DNA from: Massalongia carnosa | Lineage: Eukaryota | Direction of reading: 5' to 3' | Assembly (NCBI GenBank): GCA_965645245.1 | Contig: OZ287075.1 | Location: 1,054,001-1,118,000 of the forward strand | Length of the DNA: 64,000 bases | Shown: one piece after another, positions 36,188 to 49,526 of the stretch | Layout of the letters: each line of letters opens with the position of its first letter | Numbering within the stretch: position 1 is the first letter of the stretch | The notes under the pieces: model-generated | The model's input: the letters and a program-made list of their open reading frames with translations, nothing else | Told to the model about the DNA's origin: nothing | Database searches by the model: none | Translations under genes and position numbers: made by a program

Positions 36188-39100
36188 TTCTGTTGGTAGG
36201 GATGATGACGGTACTTACAGGATCACCCGCCACAGGTGTCGGCTCTTCCTTATAGATTCCAGAGTGTACTGATCCAGGGGTGATACTTTGGTGATGGGCC
36301 ATGCCTGTTTTTTTCGGTTTTCCCTTTTCAGTCGGTTACCAATAAACGACGGACGAGGTTGCAGCACAAAGATGCTTATGACGTCCGTGCGGACGTCCCA
36401 AGGAAACTTAACAGTCGAGGATTTTCGAAATAAACCCCCGGTTGTCGGTTGTCGGTTGTCGTTTGTTGCTGGGCTGCCTGGGTTGCTGGGTTATTGGGTT
36501 TGCTGGGTTGCTGGCTGGCTCGCTCTCTAGTCCTCTCGCTGCGTTGCGCGCGATGCGTGCTACTTGTATCTAATGCGTGTCTCCTCTAGGCCAAGTGACT
36601 AAGGTAAGGCGAGGCAAGGTAGAGATCACGTCGCTTTCCAGACAAGCTCACGAACCAGAGCGTGCCGCGACACGGACGATGGGCAAAGGCGACGAGGAAT
36701 TATCACCAACGCGATGCAAACAACAAGTGGTGGAGAGTTTGGGGACACGTTCAAAGTTGTACTTGTATGACTTGTAGGGGCATGAACGAGAGAGAGCGAG
36801 TGGGAAATTTTCATACCTCAACCTCGGTGAATAGTGCCCTAATAATAGGTAATAGTAATAGGGAACAGGTACTCTGTCACAGGTACTCGTAACAGGTACT
36901 CTGTAATTGGTATGGATGATGGTACTCGGTATAGGTCGCTCGTAATCGGCATGTACTGCGCTCAATGGCCCGTGCGCAGGTACGTCAACAGGTAATCGTA
37001 ACAGCGTAATGCGTACGAATACTTCGTACGGTAACATTGGAGCAGGGTAAGGAGACTGGGACGTCGACAAGGGAAGTTACGCTGTACGAGTGGAGTGTTC
37101 CATGGGCAAGTCGACGAGATGCAAACATACAGTCGCTCAGGACCATAACGGTGATGGCAACCGGTATTCTGTACTCTATACTCCATACGCCGTACAGCGT
37201 ACCAACTGCGTAATCATCACTCGGTAACGAACGAAAAGGTAGTTAATCGACAAAGATGACGAAGCGGTAACGACCACCACCCCCAATAGGGGAGGCGTAG
37301 ATCCGTACCCCTTGGTCCTTTGGTTTGATGCGTGATACATACGTGATTACGAAGTCAGTCGTGTATCCACCTATAAATACATCATCAATATCGAAAAGCC
37401 TCCGTTCAAAGGGGGAGATTATGATGATAGGCACATTCATAGTTTGCGTCCCATGCATGAACGGAGAAACATGGCCATTTCGGGCGTCCGTGAATTCCGA
37501 CCAACTGTATCCATCATCTCGTGCAAAAGTGCAACGTACTGAATAATCCCGTAATCATGTGGAGCGGTACGAAATCCGATTACCAATACGGGTACTCGGT
37601 ATTTGGAGAAGACCTACTACGTCTGAAGGTCACGGTGATTCCGTTCTGTTACAGCACACTTGTACGGATGACTAACCCGAGGATGAAATCCCAGATTTCT
37701 AATTACAGCCTTAGTGCCCCACGCTGGGGGCTGCCGACTTGGGCAATATCATTTAGTCCAAACGTGGCGTTATCTGACACAAGGAGGCTTTCCTCCTTTT
37801 CGGAGCTCCTGACTGGAAGAGAAGGGTGAGGTGTGCCAGGCGTGCGAGGCGTGCACGTCGAATGATCTGCTATGATTGGATCAAGTGGACCAATCGTAAA
37901 GGGGAAAAGCGAATGGATCGAATCGTCGTGCTGGGTGTCGATGATGTTCTGCTAGGAAAGTCTGATGATGGCATCTGAGCCGGTTCCTACACAGTAGTCC
38001 TGCAATGTTAAAGTTGTTCCCAGAAATCAGGATGGGGCCACTGAAAGGAAGGAAAGTCCCTCCTGGCGCTACGACGCACTAGTTATGGTATAGATGATCA
38101 GCCACCCCATTCACCTCAGCCGGAACTCGTACGACCGTCTTGCCGGTCTCGAACGAGTAGCGCCATGTATTGGTACTCGTATCAAAACAGCGACCGATCC
38201 CAGACAACGTTTTAAGTGCCATTCGTGCCATTAGGCTAAGGCGCGCCACCAAAACCATCGGTTAGAGACTTTTTTCGGCTACGTGCGACCAATGCACCCA
38301 TGCGTCCTGATAGGTCGATGAAATCACACCACGGCCGTGATAGAAGCCAGCCTACCCATCACAGCCAATAAGCCTTTCGAGATGACTGTTAGACCTGTCA
38401 ACAAAGTCCACAAGAACATGCGCTTTGATGGGACCCTAAACCCATCGAAAACGTGTGCATGGTTGGGGTGAACCAAAGGGAAGAAGAGCACGCGGAATCA
38501 TCGGATGCATTGCCATCCTCCCCGACTCATACTCGTGGACCAACGAAGAAAGCCCCAGCGTGATACACGAGAAGAACCACCAAGGCATTCGCGACGAATC
38601 ATCATCTCCATCTCCAGGTCCTGATTGTTCCGTGCACCGACCGTATCGACGTATACGGAATCCATTGCCAAGAAGAGTGAGAGACGATATGCGATGGCGA
38701 GAATCATGGATTGTGGGGGGGAAGATAGGCACTCCGTACTTCGTACTTCGTCCGCTGTACTCGGTGTACAGTGAGAGGACAGCCAAAAACGGTGATGCGT
38801 GCAACACTCGAAAACAGCAAACAGCGAAGGCAAAGCGAGTGAAAAGCTTGCAAGAACGAAATGGGTGGCTGAGTGGCCGTTGAGTTTACTAGGGTGTGGT
38901 ACAGGGATCATGCTTGTAATGCAATTAAGCAGCCAGCCCACCTCGGCTAGGACTGCACATCTTCCATCCTACATGCATTTGCATCTCTGATAATTGATTG
39001 CCGAGACCGACATGCCTATGGCTTTGGAAGCAAAAAGCCAAAGAACCAGAGGGAGCAAATGAGCGAGGTGTTGAGAGAGAATCGTATGATGATGAAGATG

Positions 39101-42100
39101 ATGATGTGAACGATAATTTACGATGATCATGACGACCAAACTACCGTGGCGATAACTAGCCATAGCGACGCTTCTGTACAGAGTGTTTGGTATAGCATAC
39201 TCTGTAGGGCGAAGGAGCTCCCCCGAGGGGCGGCAGTTTGCTGCTGCGCTTTCTTGTACGACTCTCTTTCCCGTGCCCGCGCGATGGCTCTACTGCGAGA
39301 TCTGTCGAAGATCTGATCCGTTTCGTCGTTGATAAGCTCTGTTTCTGTTTCAGGAGCGTAATCGATCAAACATATATGCGTCAGAAGCCATACGACCAGG
39401 ATGTGTCCCAGAACAACGGAGCGCAAAGTGCAAACCCAGTCAAAGCCGTTGAAGGTTGGGCAAGCGGGAACGACATGGACATGGTCCAAGGGCGTGCTGG
39501 ACATGAAGCACACCTTTCGTGGTGACGTTGAGGCCCTACTCGGTACACGATGTTCTGTACTTGGGACTCTGTACTGCCTTCAGCGTAGCGTGTAAGCTTG
39601 TACCTGTTTAGATGTTCTCCATCCTCTTGCAACTCGAGGGCAGCAAGCAACCACTCAAACGGATCTGATGGTATGATAATTACGAGGCAACATCTACAAT
39701 GCTAAGAGCACAAATGTACCCATCACCCAAAGGGCTGCTCAGCATCCCTACGGTGGAAGATGTAGCCAGGTAGCTCCTCGGTGTGTTCGGTCTATGGATG
39801 ACTTGCTTTTTTCAAGTAGGACCTGAGCTGTTCTCTGTACGGAGTACGGAGTACAGAGTACTTCTCCTATACCGGAACGGTAGCCAGTTTTGATAGTGTG
39901 GTGGACAGCTAGGAGGCCTGAGGGTTTTGGATTTTCTTTCCTGCATTGCTGGCAACGACGGCTGAAGGTGACGCACGAAGTATAGGCGGCGGACTGGGGA
40001 ACTTGTATACAGAGTAGGCGGTTTAGATAGTCTACGTATAAGGATGTAGCTACCTGTTGGTTGCAGAGAAAGGGTGACACAAGAGTTTCTTGGGTTTTCT
40101 GCAGCAAGAACAGACCAGTTGTGGACAACGATGAAGGGATTCGCTTGGCGCTTTCATGAGCATAGCTCAGAGTTACACGAATATTCTATGATAGTTTCCC
40201 TTCCTTTGGGACCATGTCTTTCGTGGAGATCCAACAGCGCCATTGCGGGATCATAAGTCGGGTTTTGGTAGACCGAGTGCATCTCATCCAGGAGTGCCTT
40301 CCTGCCTTCCTTAAGAATCATGGCCACGCTGGCTCAGTATGGCACTCATACTTCCACCACTGCGAAGAACGATATTCAATATGACGAACTTGACATACAT
40401 CTAGGACTAGGATTGTTTCGTTTATCCGACCATTGATCTGTGAGGGACTGTGATGACAGCCGAACTGCGCAGGGGAAGTTTCTGAACGCGTCCCAAATTC
40501 TAAATCCACGACAAGCAAAACAATGGGGAAGTTCTCGCGCTTCCAAAAGCGCATTCACAAATGCCTGGGGAAGTAACGTCAACCGTTATTCTGGACAGTG
40601 TACTCGGTACTCTTGACCGAATGTCTTTAATGATATGACGCATTCAACGACGACCCCCTCCCAACCGTCTTAGCTTTCATCCATTTCGATGTCTTGGGAT
40701 CCGCTGGTTTTTCCACTTATCAAATGGGCATTTCATTCCTTATTCCAGTGTGTAGAGTACATATCACGATAACCGTCTCGGGTTCAGGTCAATATGCATC
40801 CTAATTGATCTATGAGCGATAAATAGGGGGATAATGGATGATCGTGATGACATGGTTACGTCAACCCAGAGAAGTAACTCTTAGGACTCTCTTTTGCCAT
40901 GTACTATGTACTCTGGACAGAGAGAGTACTCTATAGCGTACCTACAGACTCCTTGGGCTGCATGTGTCCATCTGACTTTGGGGTCTTAATTTAGTCATGC
41001 TTAATGCATGTGCATCGAGCAAGTAGGATTTTCGTCCATATAGCAAGCAGCGAGCTAGTTTCTCAATGCAGCAAGACAATGCGGCTTGCATCAAATTTTC
41101 TTGCCCCTCCACTCACACGTCGTCATTGAGATGGGCTTTCTTGCATGACATAGTCTTGGGGTAGACTTCTCATTCCTTGATCTTTCATCTCATATTCTCA
41201 CCGGTCATAGTCTGAGCATCATAGCGATCCTACGAGTTGCCACTTGCGCTTGCGTGCTGATGGCCGACAGATCACCGATCTTCGTCTTCATCGAGCGAAA
41301 GCGAGAAGCCTCTGACGATGCAGCCGCGAAAGAATGTATCAAGTCCCTGGTCATTGATACCCTTATCACTCCTGATCACAATAGCGATAAGGCTGCTGTG
41401 CGCTGGCTAGGTGGAAAGGTAGGTGTCAACTAGTAAAACGAAAGATTTAAGGATCAAGCTGATGAATGGATTGGTGAAGACTGTGATCGGCTGACTCAAG
41501 TATGCTTACACTGGTCTCCCCTGATGCAACATTGATCAGTGATGAGGCGTTCCTTTTTTTCTCTCTCCACAGCACACAACATATCCAGGGCCTGGCATAT
41601 CTAGGACTTGGAAGGTAAGCTACTGGAAATACGGAATATTGGCAGCCCCATCGCAATGGCCTCGCAAGGGTGCTTGAGCCCGGCGCATTGGTGAAAGTTC
41701 CGATTTTGATACCTTTAGCCTTGTTTCCCACTTTCAAGATGGAACGTGAGCTTCCAAAGCCAGAGTACTCTATATTCATACCTATGCAATGTCTATAGGG
41801 ATATCCAGACTCAAAGCACTTGCCAGCACGACATGAATACTTAGCAATGATCCCCTCTTTCAAAGTAAAACCGCTGTCACTCTACTTCAAACATGGCTTC
41901 CAATCTCCTTCACGCGTCGGATTGATGCACATCCATCCTATTTTCGTATCGATAAGTTTCAGATAAGTTTCAATGGCGCCATGGGACGAACCGCCTGTTT
42001 TGAAGACGTCTAGTAAGGGAAAGTATCGGGGAACCTCCTAATCATCTTGCTGAGGCTTGGATAAGGCCTAATTCAACAGCATCGAGCCGATCGTGGCGGA

Positions 42101-45100
42101 CCGTCCAACATCAAGATAGATTTTCTGTTCTCTCATTGGTTCCCATCGGAAACCTATGCACAGATTATAGTCTTGTCTTCACCTGTTCAACACTCTTGAG
42201 TTCTGCTGACATCGTATATCAATTGCAAGACTAGACATCTGCACGTGCACGCCGTACATACATGGCTGATGAGCGCCACACGATGGTGCTGTCGCACCTT
42301 GACACGAGAAAGAGTCTATTCTGTCCCCTACTCTCTCACTCTCTCTGCAGGTGCGGACCACGATAATCCGCATCGCCCGATTGATCACGTGAATTACCCC
42401 GCCCCTTTTTCCCAGTTGCTCGATTTCTCTCTCTTTCACGTATGCTTAATTACCTACCGGTCCGCTATTTGTACTCTGTATGCAGCAAAGATTCAAAACC
42501 CGTAGTGCTCTTTACGGAGTATCATGATACCGGCTGGGGCGCTTGGGCTCTTAGGGTACTCTATCTGCTCTCTCCAGTTGCCCCTGCACCTTGCATCACC
42601 GGCCCACCAACGCGCCCTAGTCTCATCTAGCCTCGTCACCCTGCGTTCCCGCACCGACGATCTCTGCCGAACCAGACATATCTAACCTAAGCAGGCTATT
42701 CCAACCACCGGCTGATGTGAGTGGGAAGCTTTTCGACAGGTTTAACCGGCTCCCCCTCTCTTTGTTCTTTGACCAAATCCCAGTGTCATCCTTCGATCAG
42801 GAGAAATCTCCGCTGTTTTCAAGATAAAGGATCTTACCAAGCATGGTAAGCTCGAATTCTTCACACGCTAGCCTAACTTGACCATGGACCCTGGATTGTT
42901 GAATTATTTGAGCCTCGTTAGGGCTCGATAAATGCTGGCTGAGTAAAGAGCACGGGATCTCAACATGGCGACGACACCAACCAGGGAGACCACCTCTGCT
43001 GTCTGGGCTCGATATGTTGATCATGCTATAGCATTCCTATTGGAAGCCTCACTTCAAGATCACCGAGGTCGTGCTCGTAAAGCTTGGGGAAGGAGAAGAA
43101 GAATCGTATTACTTACGCTTCGATTGGAAAACAATAGCATCGGCAGCCTGGTCTGGCTGCATTGATGACCTCGCAGTTTGTTTGCTATCACAATGTCTTA
43201 GAGAAAATGTTATTCGGATAGAGTATCCTGAAATAACACATCGACTCCAGAAGCGATGTCTGCCCACCACTCTCCAATGAGAAACGTCTGCATAGCCATG
43301 ATCAATCTTCAGCAAACGAAGGAGTGTCTGGTGTTAAGACACGCGGTTGGTTGATCTTGATCGTCATAATCTTCATCAACCTCGCCGCAAGTCAATAATA
43401 CCCAAATCTACAACCGCCCCCGACCGCAACCGTGTACTAGACAAATATCACAGCGCTGTTCTACACCCGAAATTGCTCTACCACTTGTGCCCTTTCACCA
43501 AGACTGCTCACGTGCAATAGATTCTCCAACCGAGAGACTGGTAGCCGTTGTTCAGCTCTACTCCGTCTTCAGCACGTCTAACTATGATGACAAATTCGGC
43601 TTCTCGAATATATAGAGCGGCATAACTGTCACGACGGATGGAGAGTGCGGTAGAAGAATGATTGAAAGGGTTAATTATCTAATTTCAGGGACTATGAAGG
43701 GAGGGTGTTAATGCTAAAAACTAGACAAAGACAGAAACACGGTTTTTGATCTTGCTCTCCTCTCACTATTTCGATTTCGTCAAACCTCGCTAACTTTCTT
43801 CTTCGATCCCTCTCTACTCTCTTAACCGGAACGAAACTAGCTCAAAACAAAAAAACCTGTCTGAGAGATTTTTCTAATGAGGTTGTGCTTAGAAAAGGGG
43901 GAAAGAGGAGGAAAACCCTGGAAAACGATTTGAGGCTGAGCTCGTGAACGAATGCTGAATAACGAAGGGTTCCACTCTTGAATCTTATCATGTATAACGA
44001 GATTAATTGTACGAAATCTGTCCAAAGCCCGGCGTACATTCTGACCCTCTTTCGCTTCCTGTTACTCGTTCCTTCTTTCACATCCTCTCTTCTTCCTCGT
44101 CATCTTCTCCTTCAGCTCCTTCCCGTTCTCTTTCCCCATCCCTACATATCCACAGCCATTCGCCCTTTCCATTCCTGTTCATTACAAAATTCATACCACC
44201 AACGAACAATCAAAAGTTTCAAAGATCAATTCTATTTAGTGCTCTAAATGTTCACTTCCTTGTCTCTTTTCTTCTTAGAATAAGGAAGGTTAATCAGTCT
44301 CCGCCCCAAAAGCAATCTCTCTACTTTCTGAGAACCTTCTCTTATCCCTCCTCTTCCGCCTATAGCCTCTCTTCCGGCAAGAAAAGATGAAAGAAAAAAC
44401 CTTAGCATAAATAAATTTTGAGGCCGAAACTAAAAACAAGAACAAAACCAGAAAACCACGCCTCACGTACGTAACAAAACTAGGAATCACAACCTCCCGT
44501 AAGTTTTTTCCCCTATAACTCACCTAGCGCTCTTCTCTCCAGTTCTCAGCAAGCCAATTCAAACCGACTCTCCCAAATATCTCGCACCTCTCGTCCACAA
44601 CCTTTCTTTCTTGCTTGCTTGCTGATACCATCCTCCTCCGTTTTTGTATTGTCTTGATCTTTCGATATTTCGAGTTTCGCAATTTTTGGTCTGACTACCA
44701 ACTACTCACTCATCTACGTTTTTCCGTATATTTTTGGGGTGGGTGGATATAGATAGACGTGTACGTATCTGTCTCCCCTTCTCCCTTATGAGCTTTTGTT
44801 AGACCTATCACTCCCCGCTTGCCGTCGCTCTTAACATACACAACACCCCTCCCCCCCCAATATCTATCTATCTCGCCGTATATCCATCCAATCCTCCGTT
44901 CCTCCATTTCCAACGAGGCGCTTTGGAATAGGTTCCTTACCTCGACGATTGTTTGTTTGGGAGGGTGATGGATGATGTTCTTGGTGGATGGGCCTCTGGG
45001 ATTTTAGGAGGGAGGAGCGCCTGAAAGAGAGGAGTGAATGAACGAAACATAGATAGACAGCTGAGTGAATAAAGGAATAGAGCTGATCCGGTTTAACCGT

Positions 45101-45268
45101 TAAGGTTTTCTCCAAGGCTAAAAGAAAAACCCCAACCAACCCAGTCACTCAAACATAACACTTTCTCCTTTGTTCTTCTTTCTCTCTAATCATTTCCCAC
45201 TCCATTCCGAAACCGACCAAAAAAAAAAAAAAACAACCAATCCCCAACAACCGAGCCCGAACCCGAAC

Positions 45269-45362
45269 CCAAAACCAAAACCAAAACCAAAACCAAAACT
45301 AAACGGAAAGAACGAACGAAAAGAACGAACGAAAAGAACGAACGAAAAGAACGAACGAAAAG
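45269..45362. repeat. Compound tandem repeats (CCAAAA)n followed by (AACGAACGAAAAG)n
   Basis: Read directly. Confidence 0.9.
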
Positions 45363-45412
45363 ACAACACATCTGACCGAAAAGTATAACCCGCCAGATAT
45401 ATGTAGCAGTCT

Positions 45413-45479
45413 CTTCTTCTTCTTCTTCTTCTTCTTCTTCTTCTTCTTCTTCTTCTTCTTCTTCTTCTTCTTCTTCTTC
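45413..45479. repeat. (TTC)n microsatellite, about 22 units
   Basis: Read directly. Confidence 0.97.
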
Positions 45480-46039
45480 CTATTCCTACGCCACTATGAG
45501 TTCATGTCCCGTTTCGTTTGGGGGAGGTGGGGGAAGTTGCGCGCTCCTTTCGGAGATAAAATAACAGGAAGATAGCGAGATGGAGAGAGAGAGATGGAAA
45601 GATAGAGAAAGGATTTCATGACTCGGAGACGCGGGACGGGATGGGACGGGACGGGGTGAGGAAGGATTGATTGATGAAGAAGAAGAAAAAGGGGGGTTGG
45701 AGGGGGGGGGGAGAGGAGAGAAGGGAGCATATGGTTAATTCAAGGCATTCCATTCTAGGTATTCCGTATCTTCCTTGCAGAACAAACCCCAACCGAAGAT
45801 GCCCGTCCATCTCCCGGCTTGAAGAAACCCCTTAACCAACCAACCAACCGACCGGCCGACTAGCTAGCTACTCAGCCCCTTTCCCCTTGCTCAAACCCCC
45901 TTAAACAGCCGCTGATTAGGCTTTGCTGGTTTTTTCGTTTCGCGAGGGGGGAAGGGGTTGGATGGACTGGTCTGGACTGAGCCAAAAAAGAGACCCGAGC
46001 AGGTTGAACTGCAAAGATGTCTAGATTGAGGTGCCCTGC

Positions 46040-49000
46040 CTAGTCCAGTAGGCTAGGTTCTTGCGTCCTCTTCATCGCCTTGGAATTATCCACTGTGACA
46101 TCGTTCTCCTTGCCCTTTGATTCCGCCCCCTGTCCGGTAGCCGAGATCTTATCAACGCCAAGAGCGCCATACGTCCCCTTCCACACCCCGCGCTTCATGC
46201 CGTTCGCGTCCGAAGCCGTGCGCACCAAGCGCATATCCTGCCCCATCACCACGTTCTCAGTTCCAAACAGCGCGTTGCTCATGTCAGAATCCGCCTGTTG
46301 GAGGCGCAGCTCCGCCAGTTCGTTCGCGGCCATAGCAGCGAGTTCGGCGTCCGACTGTACATGGCCGCCTAGGGCGAAATCACGAAAGGCTTGGCCGTCG
46401 CCGCCGCGCACGTCGGCTAGGTTGGCTAAGCGGCGGGGGAGCGAGGTTTGCGGGGTGCTAGGTTTCTTGATAGGGGAGGGGGTGCGGCTATCGTTGCGGC
46501 CGCGCGGTCTGCCGCAGGGGCAGTGGCAGGAGAGGTAGCACGGCTCGACGCATTCGTGGCCACACGCAAGGACTTTCTTGCAGAGTTTCTTGCAGTTGAC
46601 CAAATCTTGCGCGAACGGATGGCAAGTTAGACTGCACTCGTGGCCACAGGGGAGCTCGTCTCTGCATGGAAGGTCACATCCACCGGTGAGGCCTAAGAAC
46701 TGCATAGGTTCCGAAATGTAAACTTTACGCCCATGATTCTTGCAGGTTAGGGGTAGCTTGGGACCGACTCGTGGCGGATTTTCACCCATAATCTTCACCA
46801 CGTCCCCCCATAGTCGATTTGCGAGGGACAACATTGTAGCATTACCGAAAATGTAGAAGCCACGTTGCGCTCGAGATAGAGCTACGCAGACCCTATTCTC
46901 GACATCAAGGAACCCTATGTTGTTATAAAGATTGTTCCTCACAAGCGATAACAGGACGATGTTGTTTTCTTCCCCTTGGTACGAGTCCACAGTGACGACT
47001 TTGAAGACGCAGCCTTGCAGATTTGCATGGGTTCGTAGCCCTCTTAATATTAGCTTCCTTTGACCATTGTAAAAGGTGAGAACGGTAATGTCTTTCGTCT
47101 CCGTTCCGTTGTGAACGAGATAATCAAAGAAGCCCACAATCATGGCCGCTTCCTCGTGGTTCACCCTGGACATGTGAATGTCGGAAGACTCGGGCCAATT
47201 GTGAGAAAGGAAATACGTATTGATCCCACCCATGCCCGGGATTGAAGGCCTGTCCAGCACTGACTCATGGTCGATTAGTTCGTCGTATATCGGTTTGAGT
47301 GCTCTTCGAATCTCAGGGATCATACGGCGCTGTGTTATCATCTTCGAAAAGCCGACTCGATTACGTACCAAACGCTCAAACATTGATACAGAGAGAAAAT
47401 ATGGGTCGTCTTCAAGATCCTTAACAGTGCAGTGGCCACGGAGCTGCTGGTGATCGCCAACTAGGATAAGATGCTCAAGAGTTGGGAAGCATGCTGCTGT
47501 AACATAAGCTTCAAGGGTTTCCGCGGCTTCCTCGATCAAAACTATCTTGGGTCGGAGACTCTGGAGAAGAGCCCGGTACTTACTGAGACCCGTAGTGGTC
47601 ATACCGATGATTCGAGCTTTGCGCAGATATGTTCGATCAGCTTCCCAGCGACCGATCTTGGCTTCAAGCACGGCATCTTCGTAGACCTTTGCCAATTGAC
47701 GAAAAGACTTCTTAAGCACAGTCTTGTACTGCCCCTGCATATAGCGATATACGGGTCCACGAAGAGCCTCATCAATCTCCCACAGGTCCTCCTTTTCTAA
47801 GGCATTCTTGACCATCTCCTCAGTCACTCCTCGACACCTACGTCCAGTAAAAGGCTCTCTGAGCGCAATCATTTCTCCTTTTATCGTGTCCATGAACTCA
47901 TCATCGAGCTTAGTTTCCGCCTCCATCTCTTTTAATTGTTCGAATTCAAGGTCGATCTCTTCGAATTCAAAACCAAAATCCTCCGGCATGGTGCGAATAT
48001 CGGCTTTGATCAACTCTCGTCCGAGCCACATTGCCATGTCTCCTGGTACTTGGTCAGGCTCATCAAGCCGGACCCACTCTGCTGCTCCTTTTTGTAACGA
48101 AATGTGTTGAGCCTCTGTGATAATCCCGTACTTTTTGAATAGCTCAGACGAGAGCGGTTGCTCGCCGTCAGCCAAAGGAGCCAGTAAAGTGCGTATATCA
48201 TGTGACAGCGCTTTTAATCTTGCCAAAGACGGCATCTTTGGAGCCGTTGCGGGACTCACCTGCCGAGCGGCTTGTCGCACCTCAAAAAGAGTGCGAGGTT
48301 TAATGTTTTCCTGATCAGTGGTCATTCCTCCAAGCCGAATGAAGTCAGGCTCAAATTTAGCTACATGGCGGAGTAATTGGTCAACTGCGTGGTTTGTGTG
48401 AGCAGCTAGAATAATCGGCGCATCCCCGAGAGCCCTGTTGCGAAGCAATAGGTCTAAGGCTACTACAGAAACGTGGGTTTTCCCTGTACCAGGAGGCCCT
48501 TGAATGATTGCAAGCCGCTTGGTGAGAATTCGGCGAAGGGCTTCAAATTGAGAAGCGTCTAATACCGAAGGATTAGTACGAGGCCAGTCATCAAGTACAT
48601 TGACGTTGACGAAATCTTCGTCTTCCGGGGCATATAGCAAGGAGAGGTTTTTCAGGGGTTGTTCCTCGACATATGCTGGAGGTGGAATATCTTCTTCCAG
48701 CCGAACGATGTGTTCCTGGAGCGGGAACCTTCAATATATTTAGCTTAATACCTTAGAGCGAACTGTGGAGTCTTACATTTCAGTTGCCATGTGTTGTAGG
48801 CTACGAAGGGTATGCCGATAGGCTTCAAAGTACCCGTCTCTGCACTCAGCCATGACCCACTCTTGCTGCGGATCTAACTCGAGCTCGTCTGGTGCAGCAA
48901 AGAAGATGTCAATCTCCGGTGGGTTTTGTTGAACACCGGTCAGGGGACGGGCTGCCACAATAGCGATCTGGCAAACCGTCCTGAACATATCCTTAACAGG

Positions 49001-49526
49001 AGTTAATGCCACCATCGAACCAGACACAAGACGCTTGGATTGTTCCCAGATAACTCGTTTACCGGCTCTTCGAAGAGAGAAGGTGATCTTCGCGGCAATA
49101 CCACTATTTGCGAAAGTAAAGCCGATAATGTGGACCTAGGGACACTCAGATTTCTGATCATGATTGAACCCTTAACGAGAAGCCTACCTTCTCATAGATG
49201 GATGCATTCTCTTGAGAATCGCTCTCGACAATATTAGGCTCATTTTCGAGTTCAGAAATAACGTTTCGTAATGGTGAGACGGCATCCTCTCGAAGCAATA
49301 GATAATGAGCGTTCAAATACTCTGCTTTGGATTTCCATGGTCTAGTTACTTCGTTCACTGGTACGAGAATCGAACTCGTGTTTTCGCCATCTTCGCCATC
49401 TTCGCCAACTCCTTGAAGTTCGGCAGACGTGGGTATTTCACGACTACTGAGCCATGAAGAAGGATACGTTTTCTGCTTATTTTGAAGCTCTTTGACATAA
49501 CTACGGATACTCATGTTCGTAGCCAT
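46040..49526 (-). CDS. Upf1-like SF1 helicase with NF-X1-type Cys/His fingers (Hrr1/SAD-3/ZNFX1 family, RNA silencing); exons ~49526-49188, 49135-48777, 48728-46040
   Basis: YLNAHYLLLREDAVSPLR, IIQGPPGTGKT (Walker A), LIEEAAE, LVGDHQQLR, SMFERLV, TVDSYQGEEN, NRVCVALSRA, GGCDLPC...CGHECSLTCHP. Canonical introns; start codon uncertain (49595, 49526 or 49514). Confidence 0.88.

Noticed and set aside
45269..45362. Regular short repeats considered as CRISPR- or telomere-like
   Set aside because: No spacers and not TTAGGG; simple tandem repeats.
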